A DNA stretch of 64,000 nucleotides from the human T2T-CHM13v2.0 reference genome, Homo sapiens: the NCBI RefSeq assembly GCF_009914755.1, contig NC_060925.1; one strand, written 5' to 3'. Shown here one piece after another: positions 39,939-53,030 of this stretch (positions are counted from its first letter, which is position 1; every line of letters begins with the position of its first letter). The notes beneath the pieces were generated by a model. The model was not told the DNA's origin and did no database searches. It saw only the letters and a list, made by a program, of their open reading frames with translations. A program made the position numbers and the translations under genes.

Positions 39939-40445
39939 ATATTAGTCAGTTTTTCGTCTCTTAACAAATAACCTCAAAATCTTTGTGGCTTACCGCAACA
40001 CACATTTATTTTCAAAGTTATAGGTCAACAGGTTGACCTAGGTTTGGCTGGTCCAGATGAGTTCATGTGGACCAGAGTGGCCCCAGGTATTGGGCTAGGC
40101 TCAGGTCTCCTCCACACACACATTCATTCTGGGGCCCAGGCTGCAGGCGCTGTGGATTCCAGGAGCATGTCCTGTCCACAGCAGATCACAGGGGCACAAG
40201 AAGGCTAAGGAGACACAGTGATGCATCCTAGAGTCTCAGCACAGACTGGCAGCATCACTACTACCCACGTTCCACTGGCCGAAGCAAGTCATCTGACCCA
40301 GTTCGTTATCAGTATATACCAGCAGAGAAGTCTACACCACCCAGTGTGGTTGCAGGAACTGCAAAGTCACATGATAAAGAGCATGGATGTGTAATCCCAA
40401 TATAGGAAGGCAGTAAAGAATCGGAGCAACAAGACAATGTAATGT
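39939..40445 (-). mobile_element. MLT1H/I-like MaLR solo LTR
   Basis: 'gtggcttaccgcaacacacatttattt', 'ccactggccgaagcaagtca', 'ggaactgcaaagtcacatg'. Confidence 0.75.
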
Positions 40446-42819
40446 GGGTTCTTAATGGGACATGGTTACTAACATCTGACACCGTATCAGCAGGATAACC
40501 CGATAACCTGAGATGAGGCAGTGAAGCTGGACCCTGTGGCTGTTACTGTGCAAACACATTGGGGGCTGCCTTGACAAAGGGGCGTGGGGCTGCAGTCCCT
40601 TCCAGAGAGCACCTGTGTGAACCTACTATGACCCTGAGACATCCCTGGAATCACTGACACAGCAGGAAACATGGAAAAAAGAAAACCACTTGGATATCTA
40701 GATTTACAGGACCAGGACAGCAGGGCTGTTCCCCCAGCATCTTGACTTGTCTTGGAGAACCAAGTCTTCTAAGAGGCAGGCTCAGCGCCCTCATCAGCCA
40801 GAGCCAGAACCGCATTGAGCTCAAAAAGGACTCCTGTGACTCGGGGTCCCAAGGGGCATGCCCACCCCACTGCAGGGATCTGCAGACTCCCGAGTCTTGG
40901 CTCAGAGACGTTCCACATCAGGGCTGGAAGAGTGTGTGCAGGGCATCTAGTCAGGTCCCCTTGTGTGCAGATAGGGAAACTGAGGCCCAAGAATGAAAGA
41001 CACCACCGACAGTCAGCGGCAGGGCTCCTTGTCTCCTACATTCATGCTTCCTCCAATACCCCAGGGAACCTGATGGCCCCCAGGACCTCTCATTCTCTCC
41101 TCCCTTTCATTACCCATTCCCCTACTGACCTTGCTTCTGCCTTGACTTGGGCTCTTCAAGAATTCTGGTGGAAGCTGCAGCGCTGGCTGTTACATTTCTA
41201 CTTGAGAGGAGCGGCATTTTCCCAGGGAGGATGAGTTGACAGCGGAACCAGGGGCAGGAGCTTGGCCAAGAAAGCCGCGGCCTTCACAAGGCTGGGCTGG
41301 GCGGATGGAGAAGCGGCTGGGTTTCAGCATCCAATTAGCACCCCCTGTTCTTAGAGCTGTTGGAGCCGGCTGCTGAGCAGCTGGAAGGGAGCAGGCCAGC
41401 CAGCTGGGCTGGTCAGTTGGTGAATGAGCACTAATTGGGTGTCAGGCACGCCAGGCCCCATGGCTCCCCTCCCCTCCCCACCAAACACTGGAAGACCACC
41501 ACAGAGAGCTCAGGGGTGGAAAGCAGCTAATTGGCCTGGCCTGCCCAGCAAGCCCTTTCTCCACAGATGCCCTGTCACTCTGCTTTCTTTGTCTTTCATT
41601 TCAAGGGCTTGGGGAAAATTGCCCATGTGCTCTGAGAAGTTTGCTGTAAACCTCAGAACCGGAGGGGAGCTTGTTTTAAAAGAGGCTCTTAGCAGAGACA
41701 TTTGGGCTCATTTCCCACAGTGGCCCCCATGCTCCTGGCTGTGGAGAACTGTGGGGACAAGCCTCCTGCACACTCCCTCTCACTCCTGCTTGTCCATATT
41801 TTTAGACAAGAACAAGCTAAGGAAATGCTTTCTGTTGCCTTTTGCCTGCCAATTTCACTGTTCACTTAGGGAGAGAAAAAAAAAACTATTAATACTACTT
41901 AATTTTTTCCCGTACTTAACTAGAAGAAATCACACTTACCCTAGAGGAAGCAGGCATGAATTTGAACATGAGCATCGAAACAAACACAGATAACAGGACC
42001 CTGACTCTAAGTACCCCCAACACAAAATGTATTGAACTTAGGGAAGCAACGAAGGCTGGAATGTATTTAACAGGTGTGGCTGGGATGATATTTTGAGATA
42101 CAAGTCTATCCAACCTGTATTTTTTCTCCCCTATATTTTCCCTTCTCACCCCACCATCCCCAAAGAGGAAGTCAGCATTCTGCTCATTGCCTCAGGGGAA
42201 AGACGCAGCAGGGCAAAAACCAGAAATAGCCTGGAAATCTCTCTGGCTTTTGTGTTCCAAAAGCCTGAGCCCTTGGGGGAAGGGGATTTCTCAGGCTTTG
42301 ACTAGTGTCTTGGCCAGAAGCAGGGGGAGAGCTGAGCTTCACTCTCTGACCCCTTCTCAGAGGAGCAGATAGAAATTTCGCCAGCTAGGGGAGGGAGGAG
42401 AGAGAGACAGAAAGGCGTAGAGCAGACTTGTTCTCATCAGCACCTCTGGGAGGGTCACCCAGGCAGATGGAACTGTGAACAGTCCAACATGGCCCTGAGG
42501 CAGTAGAAAGCCACCAGGCCATATAGGAAGCCACAGAAGAGAGTGCTATGGGAACCCATGGCCAAGGCAAGAGGTTATTCCCCCACTCTCCCTCTCTCTG
42601 CCTAGGAGCCTCGAATTGCAACTCTTCCCTGGGTGCCTGGGTGGGTGGGTTCTCTAAGGAAGGTTAAGGTTTATTCCCCACCCCCCGCCACCCCACCACC
42701 AAACTCTATGAAATGAGGATTCAGAGCAAAATATTCAATTTAGTATTAGTACAAACTTTTAAGGCAATATGCCTTACACACATGGATGTGTAGACACCTC
42801 ATCTCTGGCCTTAAGACAT

Positions 42820-43075
42820 TTTTTATATCACCTTCACAGACAGGCCTTCCTTGACCACCCTGTCTAAAATAATCCTCTCTCTCCATTCAGTCCCTATCCT
42901 CTTCATAGCACTGATAATTTTCTGACATTACATTGTATATCTGAGTGTTTATTTAGTCATTGTCCATCCTCATGAGGGTAGGGATGTTGTCTGTTTTGTT
43001 CACTGTTTTACCTATACCTAGGAGAAGGCCTAGCACAGAGCAGTGTCAATATTTAGGTGTTGAATTAATGAACGC
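42820..43075 (+). mobile_element. L2 3' fragment
   Basis: 'ggccttccttgaccaccctgtctaaaata...catgagggtaggga...cctagcacaga'. Confidence 0.75.
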
Positions 43076-43599
43076 ATTGTCTGCTCAATGGTGGCACCTG
43101 CTGGCAAATGGGATATTGCTGCTCAGCTCTACCAAACATTGTCACTGCTTCACCTAAAGGAGGATGGAGGACTTTTCTAAATATTGTAAGTGATAGGGTT
43201 TGGAAACTCCAGGCAAAGGGAAAATTTTTCTGGACCTAAGATACATACTAAAGAGGGCCCCTGGGGATTGTGGTAGAAGAGAGGTAAGAGTAGAGCATGG
43301 GTCTAGTGAAGAAAAAGGAAATATAAAATTAAGATTAGGCCTTTGACTCTCAGACCATAGCCATCAAGTATCACATTTTGTAGGGTGGTCACCCTGCTTC
43401 TGTTTCATTATCTTATTCTTCCTCTTTTATTCCAATTCACTTGCCTCAATTGTTTTTTTAATTTGAACACCAGGTGGGGAGAGAGGTGAGGTGAGGAGAG
43501 AGGTCGGTTGCAAGAGAAGTATAAGGCCCACTGCAGATGAGCTTGAGATCAGGCTAAGGAGATAGGACAGGATGAGTGTGTCTTGACCACCTCCAGCAT

Positions 43600-43830
43600 C
43601 TACAGAGGAATTTGAGGCTTACAAAGTCCTTTTCCATATATTTCCTTATTAGATCTCCCTATGACCCATCCTGGCAGGCGGGGTAGTAATTCACAAGCCC
43701 CATTTTATAGATGAGGAAACTGGAGCTCAATGAAGAAAGTAATTCATCCAAAGTCCTCCATAAAGAATCCTCGCAGTATCAGGATCCATATCCAAATCTT
43801 TTCTTGCTTTACACATTCTGGTATTTAATA
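43600..43830 (-). mobile_element. MIR
   Basis: 'cccattttatagatgaggaaactggagctc'. Confidence 0.75.
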
Positions 43831-44139
43831 TAGAGGTCTCAGCCATGGAAGAGCAAAAACTCTCACTGGAGAAACAAAGTATACAAGTAGGAAACAAACA
43901 GGAGACCAGAGCACCAGAATTCACAGGAATCTGAAAGCCCAGAGGCAGAGGATCTAACTCTACTCTCTGCAAAAGTTTTCACTACAGTTACCTTACCACA
44001 AATGATGACACTTTACTACTGGAATTTAGATAAAGTGGGAACTTTGACATTCTCTATTTGGGGTCAGAAAGTCAGATCCTCCCCATCACACCCTGTTCTT
44101 TGTAAGAGGAAACCACTGACTGCACCCCTGGGAATGTTT

Positions 44140-44380
44140 GCCCCAATTCACTATCAAACTGCTTGCAATTATCAAACCGTGCTCCCTTGAGTTGACCTTT
44201 AGCTGGGGAACAGCTATATTTAGAGAAAACCAGCCCTTTGTAATTACCCCCACTCAGATTACTTAAAGGTCAGCGGCAGATGTGACAGTATGATCCGTGG
44301 GAAGGGCTGTTTCCAGGATCCCTGGATAATTATTCAAACCAGACAATAATTAGCAAACATTTTCTGCAAATGAATCTATC
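44140..44380. promoter_or_regulatory. Candidate enhancer (dense TF-motif cluster)
   Basis: Two AAAGGTCA, CTATATTTAG, three TAATTA, CAGATG, TGACAG, CGTGGGAA and TGTTTGC in ~170 bp of non-repeat sequence. Confidence 0.5.
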
Positions 44381-44437
44381 CCTGTTTTTCAGCCCCAGAA
44401 GGGAGCCCAGAAGTCTCTCTGGGCCAAAGTTGCCCCT

Positions 44438-44807
44438 TGCTATGGTTTGAATGTGTCCCTCAAAAGTTTATGTGTTGGAAACTTAATTGCCATTGTTATA
44501 GCATTAAAAGATGGAGCCTTTAAGAGCTGATTAGGCCACAAGGGCTCCTCCACTCTCAGGAAGGGATTAATGCCATTGTCTGGTTATCTTCAGATTTGGT
44601 TTCTGGTGGAAAGGATGAGTTCAGCCTGATTCTTCTCTTGAGCTCACTTGCTTTCACCTTCTCACCTTCTGCCATGAGATGAGCCTTGCCAGATGCCAGC
44701 ACCATGATCTTTGACTTCCCAACCTCCAGGACAGTCAGCCAAATAAAATCTTATAAATTACTCAGTCTGTGGCATCCTGTTACAGCAGCAAAAAACAGAC
44801 TAAGATA
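44438..44807 (+). mobile_element. MST-family (MSTB/MSTD-like) solo LTR
   Basis: 'tgctatggtttgaatgtgtccc' to 'cagcaaaaaacagactaagata'; TSD cccct / cccca. Confidence 0.88.
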
Positions 44808-44819
44808 CCCACTCTAGAT

Positions 44820-45115
44820 ATAACAACAGCAATTCTTTCATGTATATGCCTTTACAGTTTACTAAGAACTTCATATCCCACCTTACTTCCCACATCAGTG
44901 TTGTGAGACACGCTTTCCTACTTCATATTCAATGTTCATACAATGTTCATACAATGAACATAGAATGTTCAATGTTAATGTTCATACATTACAATGTTCT
45001 CATTCCAGATAAGAACACTGAGGCTCTGAGAGGTTAAGTAGACTTGCCCAGAGTCACACTGTGGAACCAAGACTTAAACCCAGGTCTTCTGACTCCAAAT
45101 CTCTTGCTTTTCCTA
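44820..45115 (-). mobile_element. MIR with internal 11-mer tandem array
   Basis: 'cactgaggctctgagaggttaagtagacttgcccagagtcac'. Confidence 0.75.
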
Positions 45116-45507
45116 GGAAAATCACTCATTCTGCAAACATTTATTGAGTGCATACTATGTCCCTGACCTTGTAGTGGGCTGTGGAAAAAAAAGAAAGACC
45201 TCGACATTGTTCCAGGTGTTCAAAAACTCAGGATTAATAGGGGAGCGAAGAGGGGCAGGAGAGACACAAACCAGTGGAACACTAGAAGCAGCAGCACCTC
45301 TAGTGAGTGTTCATGAACTCCCCTGCTAGAATCTTGGGCATCAGAAGTTAGGAGTCAATTTATTTGAAGAGATTAAGGAGGTTTGTGGTGCAAGTTAGCC
45401 AGAAACAGTGGAGGGATTGGGAAGGGAAAAAAACATAAAAATGAAGTCAGCCAATAACCTCGAATAGCACATTTAAAAGTACCTAAGTAATGAAATGGTA
45501 CATGTCA

Positions 45508-45866
<359 letters not shown>

Positions 45867-47175
45867 TAATTTTCTTGGTTTGGGCAGGGATGGTCTTTAA
45901 GCCCCACTTTCCCTTCATCCAGAAACTCCATTTATATCTGATTTACATTTTCAGTTTCCATTAAATAAAGGAGTCTATAATTTTTAAAAATATAAGAACT
46001 ACTGGTTTACTCATAGGTACGGTGGTTTAAGATATTTATAAAGTGACATGAATATTGATTGACTTCACAATGTCTTATTTAAAGTGCAAAAAAGGAAAGT
46101 AGTCATTGATAGTATCTTTAAAAGAAATTCATCTGAACTGGCCAATCATCAGATTCTAACAAGATAAAATAATGATTAAAAATAATAATGTTAATAATAA
46201 TTAGCATGTATTTAGAAAGTACTATATGTTAGGGACTCCTCAAAGTACTTTAGAGGAATTAATTCATTTGATTGTCCCCATAACGCTGTGAGGCAGGTAC
46301 AGAGCATTCACAAGAGGTGATTCACACGGGGTCATGCACTAAGGTTAAGCAGCACCAACTAACTGCACAAAGGAGGGCTGGATCTGCAGAGAAACTGTAG
46401 ATAATAATGAAAGGAAAGGAGTTCTGATAGACCCCATGCATCATCTCAGTTGGCAGAGTGATAATGCCACCAAATAAGTAGGAATTGGGATGACTCTAAC
46501 ATCCAGTTGTGACTCCCTGGCTGTTTGAGCTTGAGAACGGTGGGCAGATAGGAGCAGATCAAGTGACTGCAAAGTCCCCTTCGAAGTCAGAGTTTCTGTA
46601 GTTTCCATTTAGAGATGGAGGGTCTTCTGAACAACCCAGGCTTTGAGCACACAGGACATACAAGGAGGGTTGGGGTTGCAACAGCTTCATCATAATCACC
46701 AATTGAACCTCCACTGGGAAGAAATGAATAGTTCATGCAAATGAGAGCTTGAGATTTGCTCATACTAGGCTTGAGAGAGAAACAGAAGGAGAAAATGGCA
46801 AAGTTTGAATAAACTCTTAGGATAAATTCCACCATAAAGATATTGTATAACTCTTTAGGGAAGATAGTTATCCAACATTTCAGAAGCACTCAGTTGTCTA
46901 CAAACAGTATTTATGTTTCCATTTATTATATCAATCTTCATGATTCTATTCATTAGTGCAAATCCCTGCAGACCTGCCCTGGCTCCATGCCTTCAGTCAG
47001 CTTGTCTTTACTCAGCTGCCTCCTGGTGTCAGACACTACGCTGGGCTCTAGAGGATGCAGTGGTAAAATAAAAGCATGGAACACTCATTTTAGATTGGCA
47101 CTGACCAATACCGTAACTACTAGCCAATGTGGCTATTTAAATTCAGATTTTAATTAGTTAAAAGCAAGTAAAATT

Positions 47176-47490
<315 letters not shown>

Positions 47491-47500
47491 TCAGTTCCTG

Positions 47501-47795
<295 letters not shown>

Positions 47796-48519
47796 AAAAT
47801 TCAGTTCCTTTCTCACACAAGCCACATTTCAACATTTCAAGTGCTCAATATGTGGACAGCAGTGTATCCTGCAAAAGACAGTGCAGATATAGAACATTTC
47901 TCTAATGTTCTTGCCCAGAGTTTCTAATGTTAATAATAATTAACATAATTAATAACACAACATTAACATAAATAATAACATAATAATTAACATCTAACAG
48001 AAGGTTCTGTTAGAAGGTGCTGCTAGATGAAGCAATGCCTGCACTGGGTGGAGGTAAGCCTGCTTTAGTTACTAGCTATTCTGTACAGTAATGGTTGCCT
48101 ATCTTTTGAAATATTTGATAATTCCAGATTTTTAGCCAATTCATACTGGCTCAGCTCAGGTTAGTCTGAATATGTGCAGTAGAATAGTTCTTAGATTCAT
48201 TTGGATACCATGAGCTTGGTTGAAAAGGAGGTTTTTGGTGGGGGGTGCATAATGTATGGACACAATCAGGTGACAACGTGCAGTACATCTGCTCACTGGA
48301 GCCCATATTGCAGTGCAGGTATGCATGAGCTCACGTATACTCACACACACCTGCACACACACACACACACATGCATTCACGCCTGAAAATATCTGCTCAC
48401 TTAGTTGCACACATATAGACAATTAAACATGCACATACACATTCATTAACACACTCAGACACATACGCCTTTACACATATGTGATATGAGATATGCAATC
48501 ACATCCAGCTCTTACAGAT

Positions 48520-48545
48520 CACACACACACACACACACACACACA
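48520..48545 (+). repeat. (CA)13 microsatellite at the end of a degenerate CA-rich tract (48330-48545)
   Basis: Read directly. Confidence 0.95.
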
Positions 48546-49109
48546 GGTTTACACCAATGCATCAATGCATTCTGCATTGCTGCTGGGTTGTCACACATGA
48601 TTGAGTTGGCTACAGTTAAGTTCTGTGGCTTTTTGCTATCCTGATATAATACAGAAACAGATGGGCCAATCTTTCTTGCATTTTCCAGATTCAAGATAAA
48701 TGCTTGGGAGCTCCACGATAACCCTGTCCTTGGGATCCATCCATTCATTCAGTGTTCAGCAAACATTGATTGAGGGCCTAGAAATCGACAAAATCACAGA
48801 GGAGTTTTGGTAACTAAACCACAAAAACTCCATGATGAGTATCAGACTCAGAAAGGGAAGAGTGTCATCCTACAGAACAGAGAAGCCAGCAGTCCCTTGC
48901 CTGGGACCAAAATTACAAGCAGTGACCCCATCACCACCCCCCTCTAGGTGTCCCTGCCAAGGATATGGGGCTGTAGTTGAATCTGGGAGGAGAGAAGGGG
49001 ATTACATGTCTAGGTTAGGCCAGATGATGTGGATTAGAGAAGTTCAGAGGTAGAAAAGTCCACCAGCCTCTCCTAACTTCCTCCCTTATCTCACCTGCAT
49101 CTCTGATCT

Positions 49110-49465
49110 CTCATGCTCAGCTCTTGCCATCGGCAGATCATACTCAAGTCTCCCCATTTTAAAAAATACCTCACTTGATTCTATAACTCCCCTTCCTAAC
49201 TTACAGCTACTGTCTATATCCTCTTAGTCACAGCAAAACTCTTCCAAAGAATTGTCTACACTTACTGCCTTTACTTCCTCAACCCAATGGATTCTTGAAT
49301 CCACCACAATATGACTTCTGACCCCTCCTCAACTCCATGAAACCACTCTCCCGGAGTCACCGGTGGTCCCCGCCCTGCCAAGTCTGATAGACACCTTTCA
49401 TCCCCTATCTTAGCAGACGACTGTGCTACGCTTCACATCAGTCAGTCCCTTCTGATTCTCAAATT
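49110..49465 (+). mobile_element. L2 internal fragment
   Basis: 'cacagcaaaactcttccaaagaattgtctacacttactgcctttacttcctc'. Confidence 0.65.
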
Positions 49466-49729
49466 CTGCTATATGCCAAGCACCACGGGGGATATTATTA
49501 TGTGTGAGCCTCAGGTGCTGCTGTCAGGAAACTCACGGTTTCACTCACTTCACTGGTAAGACCCTCTGTTACGTCATCTGGCAAGAAGGGGTCCAGCAAG
49601 CCCTCTACATTGCAGCTGAACCCCAAAGTTTACCCTTGCCTCCCTGGGGCATTGAGTCAAGGGCAGTGGAAGAAATAACTGATAGATCTGGGGAGGGTAG
49701 TTAGGATGACCTAGAGTCTGATAGGTCCT

Positions 49730-50160
49730 TGTTCTGGATTGAATTATATTGAAAAGATAGGCTGAAGTCCTAGGATACCGGTACTTCAAAACATGGCCTC
49801 TATTTGCAAAGAAGATGGTTGTAGATGTAATTCGTTAAGATGAGATCGTACCGGAGCAGAATGGGCCCTTAATCCACTATGACTGTGTCCATATAAGATT
49901 GAAGACACAGGAGAGGATACAAGTGATGATGCAGACAAAGATTGAAGTTATGCAGCTGCAAGCCAAGTATTGCCGGCAGCACTGGCAGTTAAGAGAAAGG
50001 TGTAGAACAGATCCTTTCCTAGAGCCTTGGGTGAGCATGGCCCTTCCAGTGCCTGAGTTTTGTACTTCTAGCCTCCCAAACCATGTGACAACGAATGGCT
50101 GTTGTTTGAAACCACCCAGTTTGTGGCGCTTTGTTATGGTAGCCCTAGGAAACTGAGACA
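49730..50160 (+). mobile_element. MLT1B/C-like solo LTR
   Basis: TG...CA termini; perfect 5-bp TSD gtcct (49725-49729 / 50161-50165). Confidence 0.92.
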
Positions 50161-50289
50161 GTCCTGCTGTCCATTTTTTGGAAACTGAGCTAATTCCAGT
50201 GAGGATCCACCTGGGGCAATCTTCACCGGGATTTGCCTGAGGCCCTCAGCCCCTGAGCCAATATTTTGAGGCAGCAGAACACGGAAATG

Positions 50290-50435
50290 CATGAGTGGCA
50301 GAATTGGTGAGACCCGAATTCAAGGCCTGGCTCCGAGGTGACTCTGAGCACCTTAGCTACTTAACCCTCTGAAACCCAGTCTCCTCACCTATACAGCAGG
50401 ATTCTCATGGGAAATTAACAGATTGCTATGTGTAA
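50290..50435 (+). mobile_element. MIR
   Basis: 'tacttaaccctctgaaacccagtctcctcacctat'. Confidence 0.6.
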
Positions 50436-52589
50436 TCTCATCTGCCTTTGACTAGAAAATAAGGTCACATTAACTTCTAATGACTGAGTTATGGTGGCTC
50501 CAAGTGTTACCAGCTCCACTTACAGAAATGAGTCTCCCCAAAGAGTCCCCCCATTTTTTTCTAGGAGTTGCCAAAAGGAACTTCACATATTTCCACAAAA
50601 CCAGACAGCTTCTCCCATCGTTTGCCACCAGCCCGTTCTTCCTCTCCCACCTCAGTTCCTTCTTGTCTGTGTCCCTACCCCCCCCCCCACCATGAAGCCA
50701 GCTGGGGAAGAGCAGGAAAGGCAGCCGGCAGCTGCCTCCAGCCAACAGCTCCCTCAGGGTCAGCCTTGGAAACCTCACTCTCAGTCACCCTTCCTTGGGC
50801 AGCCTGCATGAAGTGACTGAGCCAGGTGGGGACACCAAGGCCTGACCATTTCCACCAGATACAGACACTGATGAACGAGTTGCTCCGAAGCTCCCCATGC
50901 AGTGGGCCGAGGCTGTGCTGGGCTTGCCTCATGGTTCAGCCTCTTCCTCCAGCCAGTCCCGCTTATGCGCCCTGCCCTCTGGAGGTGTGGATCCCTAGCA
51001 ACACCTTGTGCCCCAAACTCCTCAGCCTCTGCTTCTGGAGAATGCACCCTACACCGACCCTCATAAGGTGGCCTTTGTCTATTTCAACAAGGCAGTTCTG
51101 GAGATTTGCAAAGCCACCAACCTTCATGTTCCAGGCAGAGGTGGGGAGAGATCCTCCTCCAAAGCAGCTGTGCCATGCCTTGAGCCTCACAAATTCTCCC
51201 TGGATTCCTGTCCATTTCTGTCCAGGATTTTTTTTGTCTAGATTCTTACCAGGTGTCCCATGAAAAAGAGTTTGTGGCCTTGTCTCCTGACCATAACAAC
51301 CAAACCCAGGCCATGTAGTGGGGCAGATGGGAAGCAATGCATATCATCCCCTCCAGCTTCCTCCCCTAGAACAGCCCTTGCTTCCTTTGCTATAAAACAA
51401 AAGCTGCCATGCAAATCAATGGTTATGAAGCAGACCCGGAGTGGGAGGGAGGTGGGTGGAGAGGAACTGGGGGAGGAACAGGAGTAGGCCCTATTCCACA
51501 TGTAAAACACCTAGCCCAGTGCCTGGTCCACAGCGAGTGTCCAATAAATGATAGCTATTATCGTCATTATTATTATTATGAACCATGAAGCTATCATCAG
51601 TAGTTGGTCTGCTGGCAGCGGGAGTCAGTGCGGGCTGGGCTGCTCCCTGCTCCAGATCACTAACCCGGGCTAAGTGGTGGTAATTATGACTTTGAGGAAT
51701 ACTGGTAACAGTGCCAAGTTCCAGAATAGCTACAGCCGTGAGCAGAGAGGCCTCTGGCTCAGCTCCGGGCTTCAGGCTGAGTAAGAATTAGTGCAATTGG
51801 CCATGCTGCAAGGTGAGAACAGTACAGGGACATCACAGGCAGATTGTCCCTCCTGGTACTTATGAGCAGAGAGCCCCTTATGGACACACAGTGGGGAAGG
51901 AGCTGAGTGCCCACATGCAGAAGGACAACAAGGTTCCAAGTCTGTCACGGCGGCCCCAGTCCCCAGCAGCCTGAGCCCCACGGAAGCCCTTCTGTGGCTC
52001 ATTAAAGACTTCCACGTGGGCCTTGCTCCATAGGAAACCACAGATCTTTCTGCAGCCTGGTCAGACCCTGGTCTGGGGCTGCATTCTACTGGCAATTACT
52101 TTGCCAGGAAAGCACCACTGCCTGACAGGGATTCTTGGGAGTCGCTCAGGCCTGCCTATACAGGGTTACGAGGAGCTCAGCAGCAGGTGAGACTTGGCGC
52201 CTAAGGAATTGGTGCCTTCCTTTTTAGAAAAACTGATCCCCCTACAGGCCCCCAAATTTGCTCCTGTCTTATCCTTAATAGCCAATGGAAAAGTTGGCAG
52301 GTCCAGTGCAAGTCTCAGCCTATCAAGAGTTCTTGTTATTCCTGCAATTCCCTATGCCTCCTTTCATCCCTGCAGCTGAAAGTCACAGGTGCCACAGGAC
52401 AGGACAAAGAAGAGCAGGGGTCCAGGCCATCTGGCACCCGACCTCTATCCCCCCATCTATTCATCACTCATCAGCTCCCTCCAACTGGACAGTGAAGGTG
52501 TGGCTCTTTCCCCAGATTCCTCCTAGTCAGGGGGTCTGAACTGCTGCAGAATGCTTTTACTCAGAGTGTGAAGTGAGGGTCCATTTCCT

Positions 52590-53030
52590 TGTGATAAAAC
52601 AATAGGGCCTTTTGTGCCAGCCTCCAAATCCACTCCCTGGGGATCCAAGCACACTGAACCCTAGTGCACTTCTGGCCTCCAAGCTTTTGGCACACGCTGC
52701 TCCTTCTTCCTGGAAGGCCCTTCTCCCCAGTCCACCTGTGAACTCCCAGCCATTGGTTAAAGACCATCTCAAGTGTCAATCCCTCTTTACAACTTTTCCT
52801 GACTTCTCTCCCCCATCCTATCCCACCCCTGCTACCTGCTGACTTAATCATCACTCTCTCCCTGGGGATTTAATCACCTCTGCCCTTGAGCTTCCTCCTA
52901 ACTTTGCAATGCACTCTCTCTCCACTCTGACCTGCTCCACAGTGGGGACCATGACCGTTTCATCTCTGTACCCCCACCAGTTGGCAATTGGAAGGCATTG
53001 CTCAGCATTCATTGCAATGATGGTAAATAA
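52590..53030 (+). mobile_element. L2 fragment
   Basis: 'cttttggcacacgctgctccttcttcctggaaggccctt', 'catctctgtacccc'. Confidence 0.65.

Noticed and set aside
50826-51337. Protein-looking peptide 'ENAPYTDPHKVAFVYFNKAVLEICKATNLHVP'
   Set aside because: No family recognised, no convincing splice boundaries, and overlapping ORFs on both strands. A blastp/PhyloCSF check would be needed.
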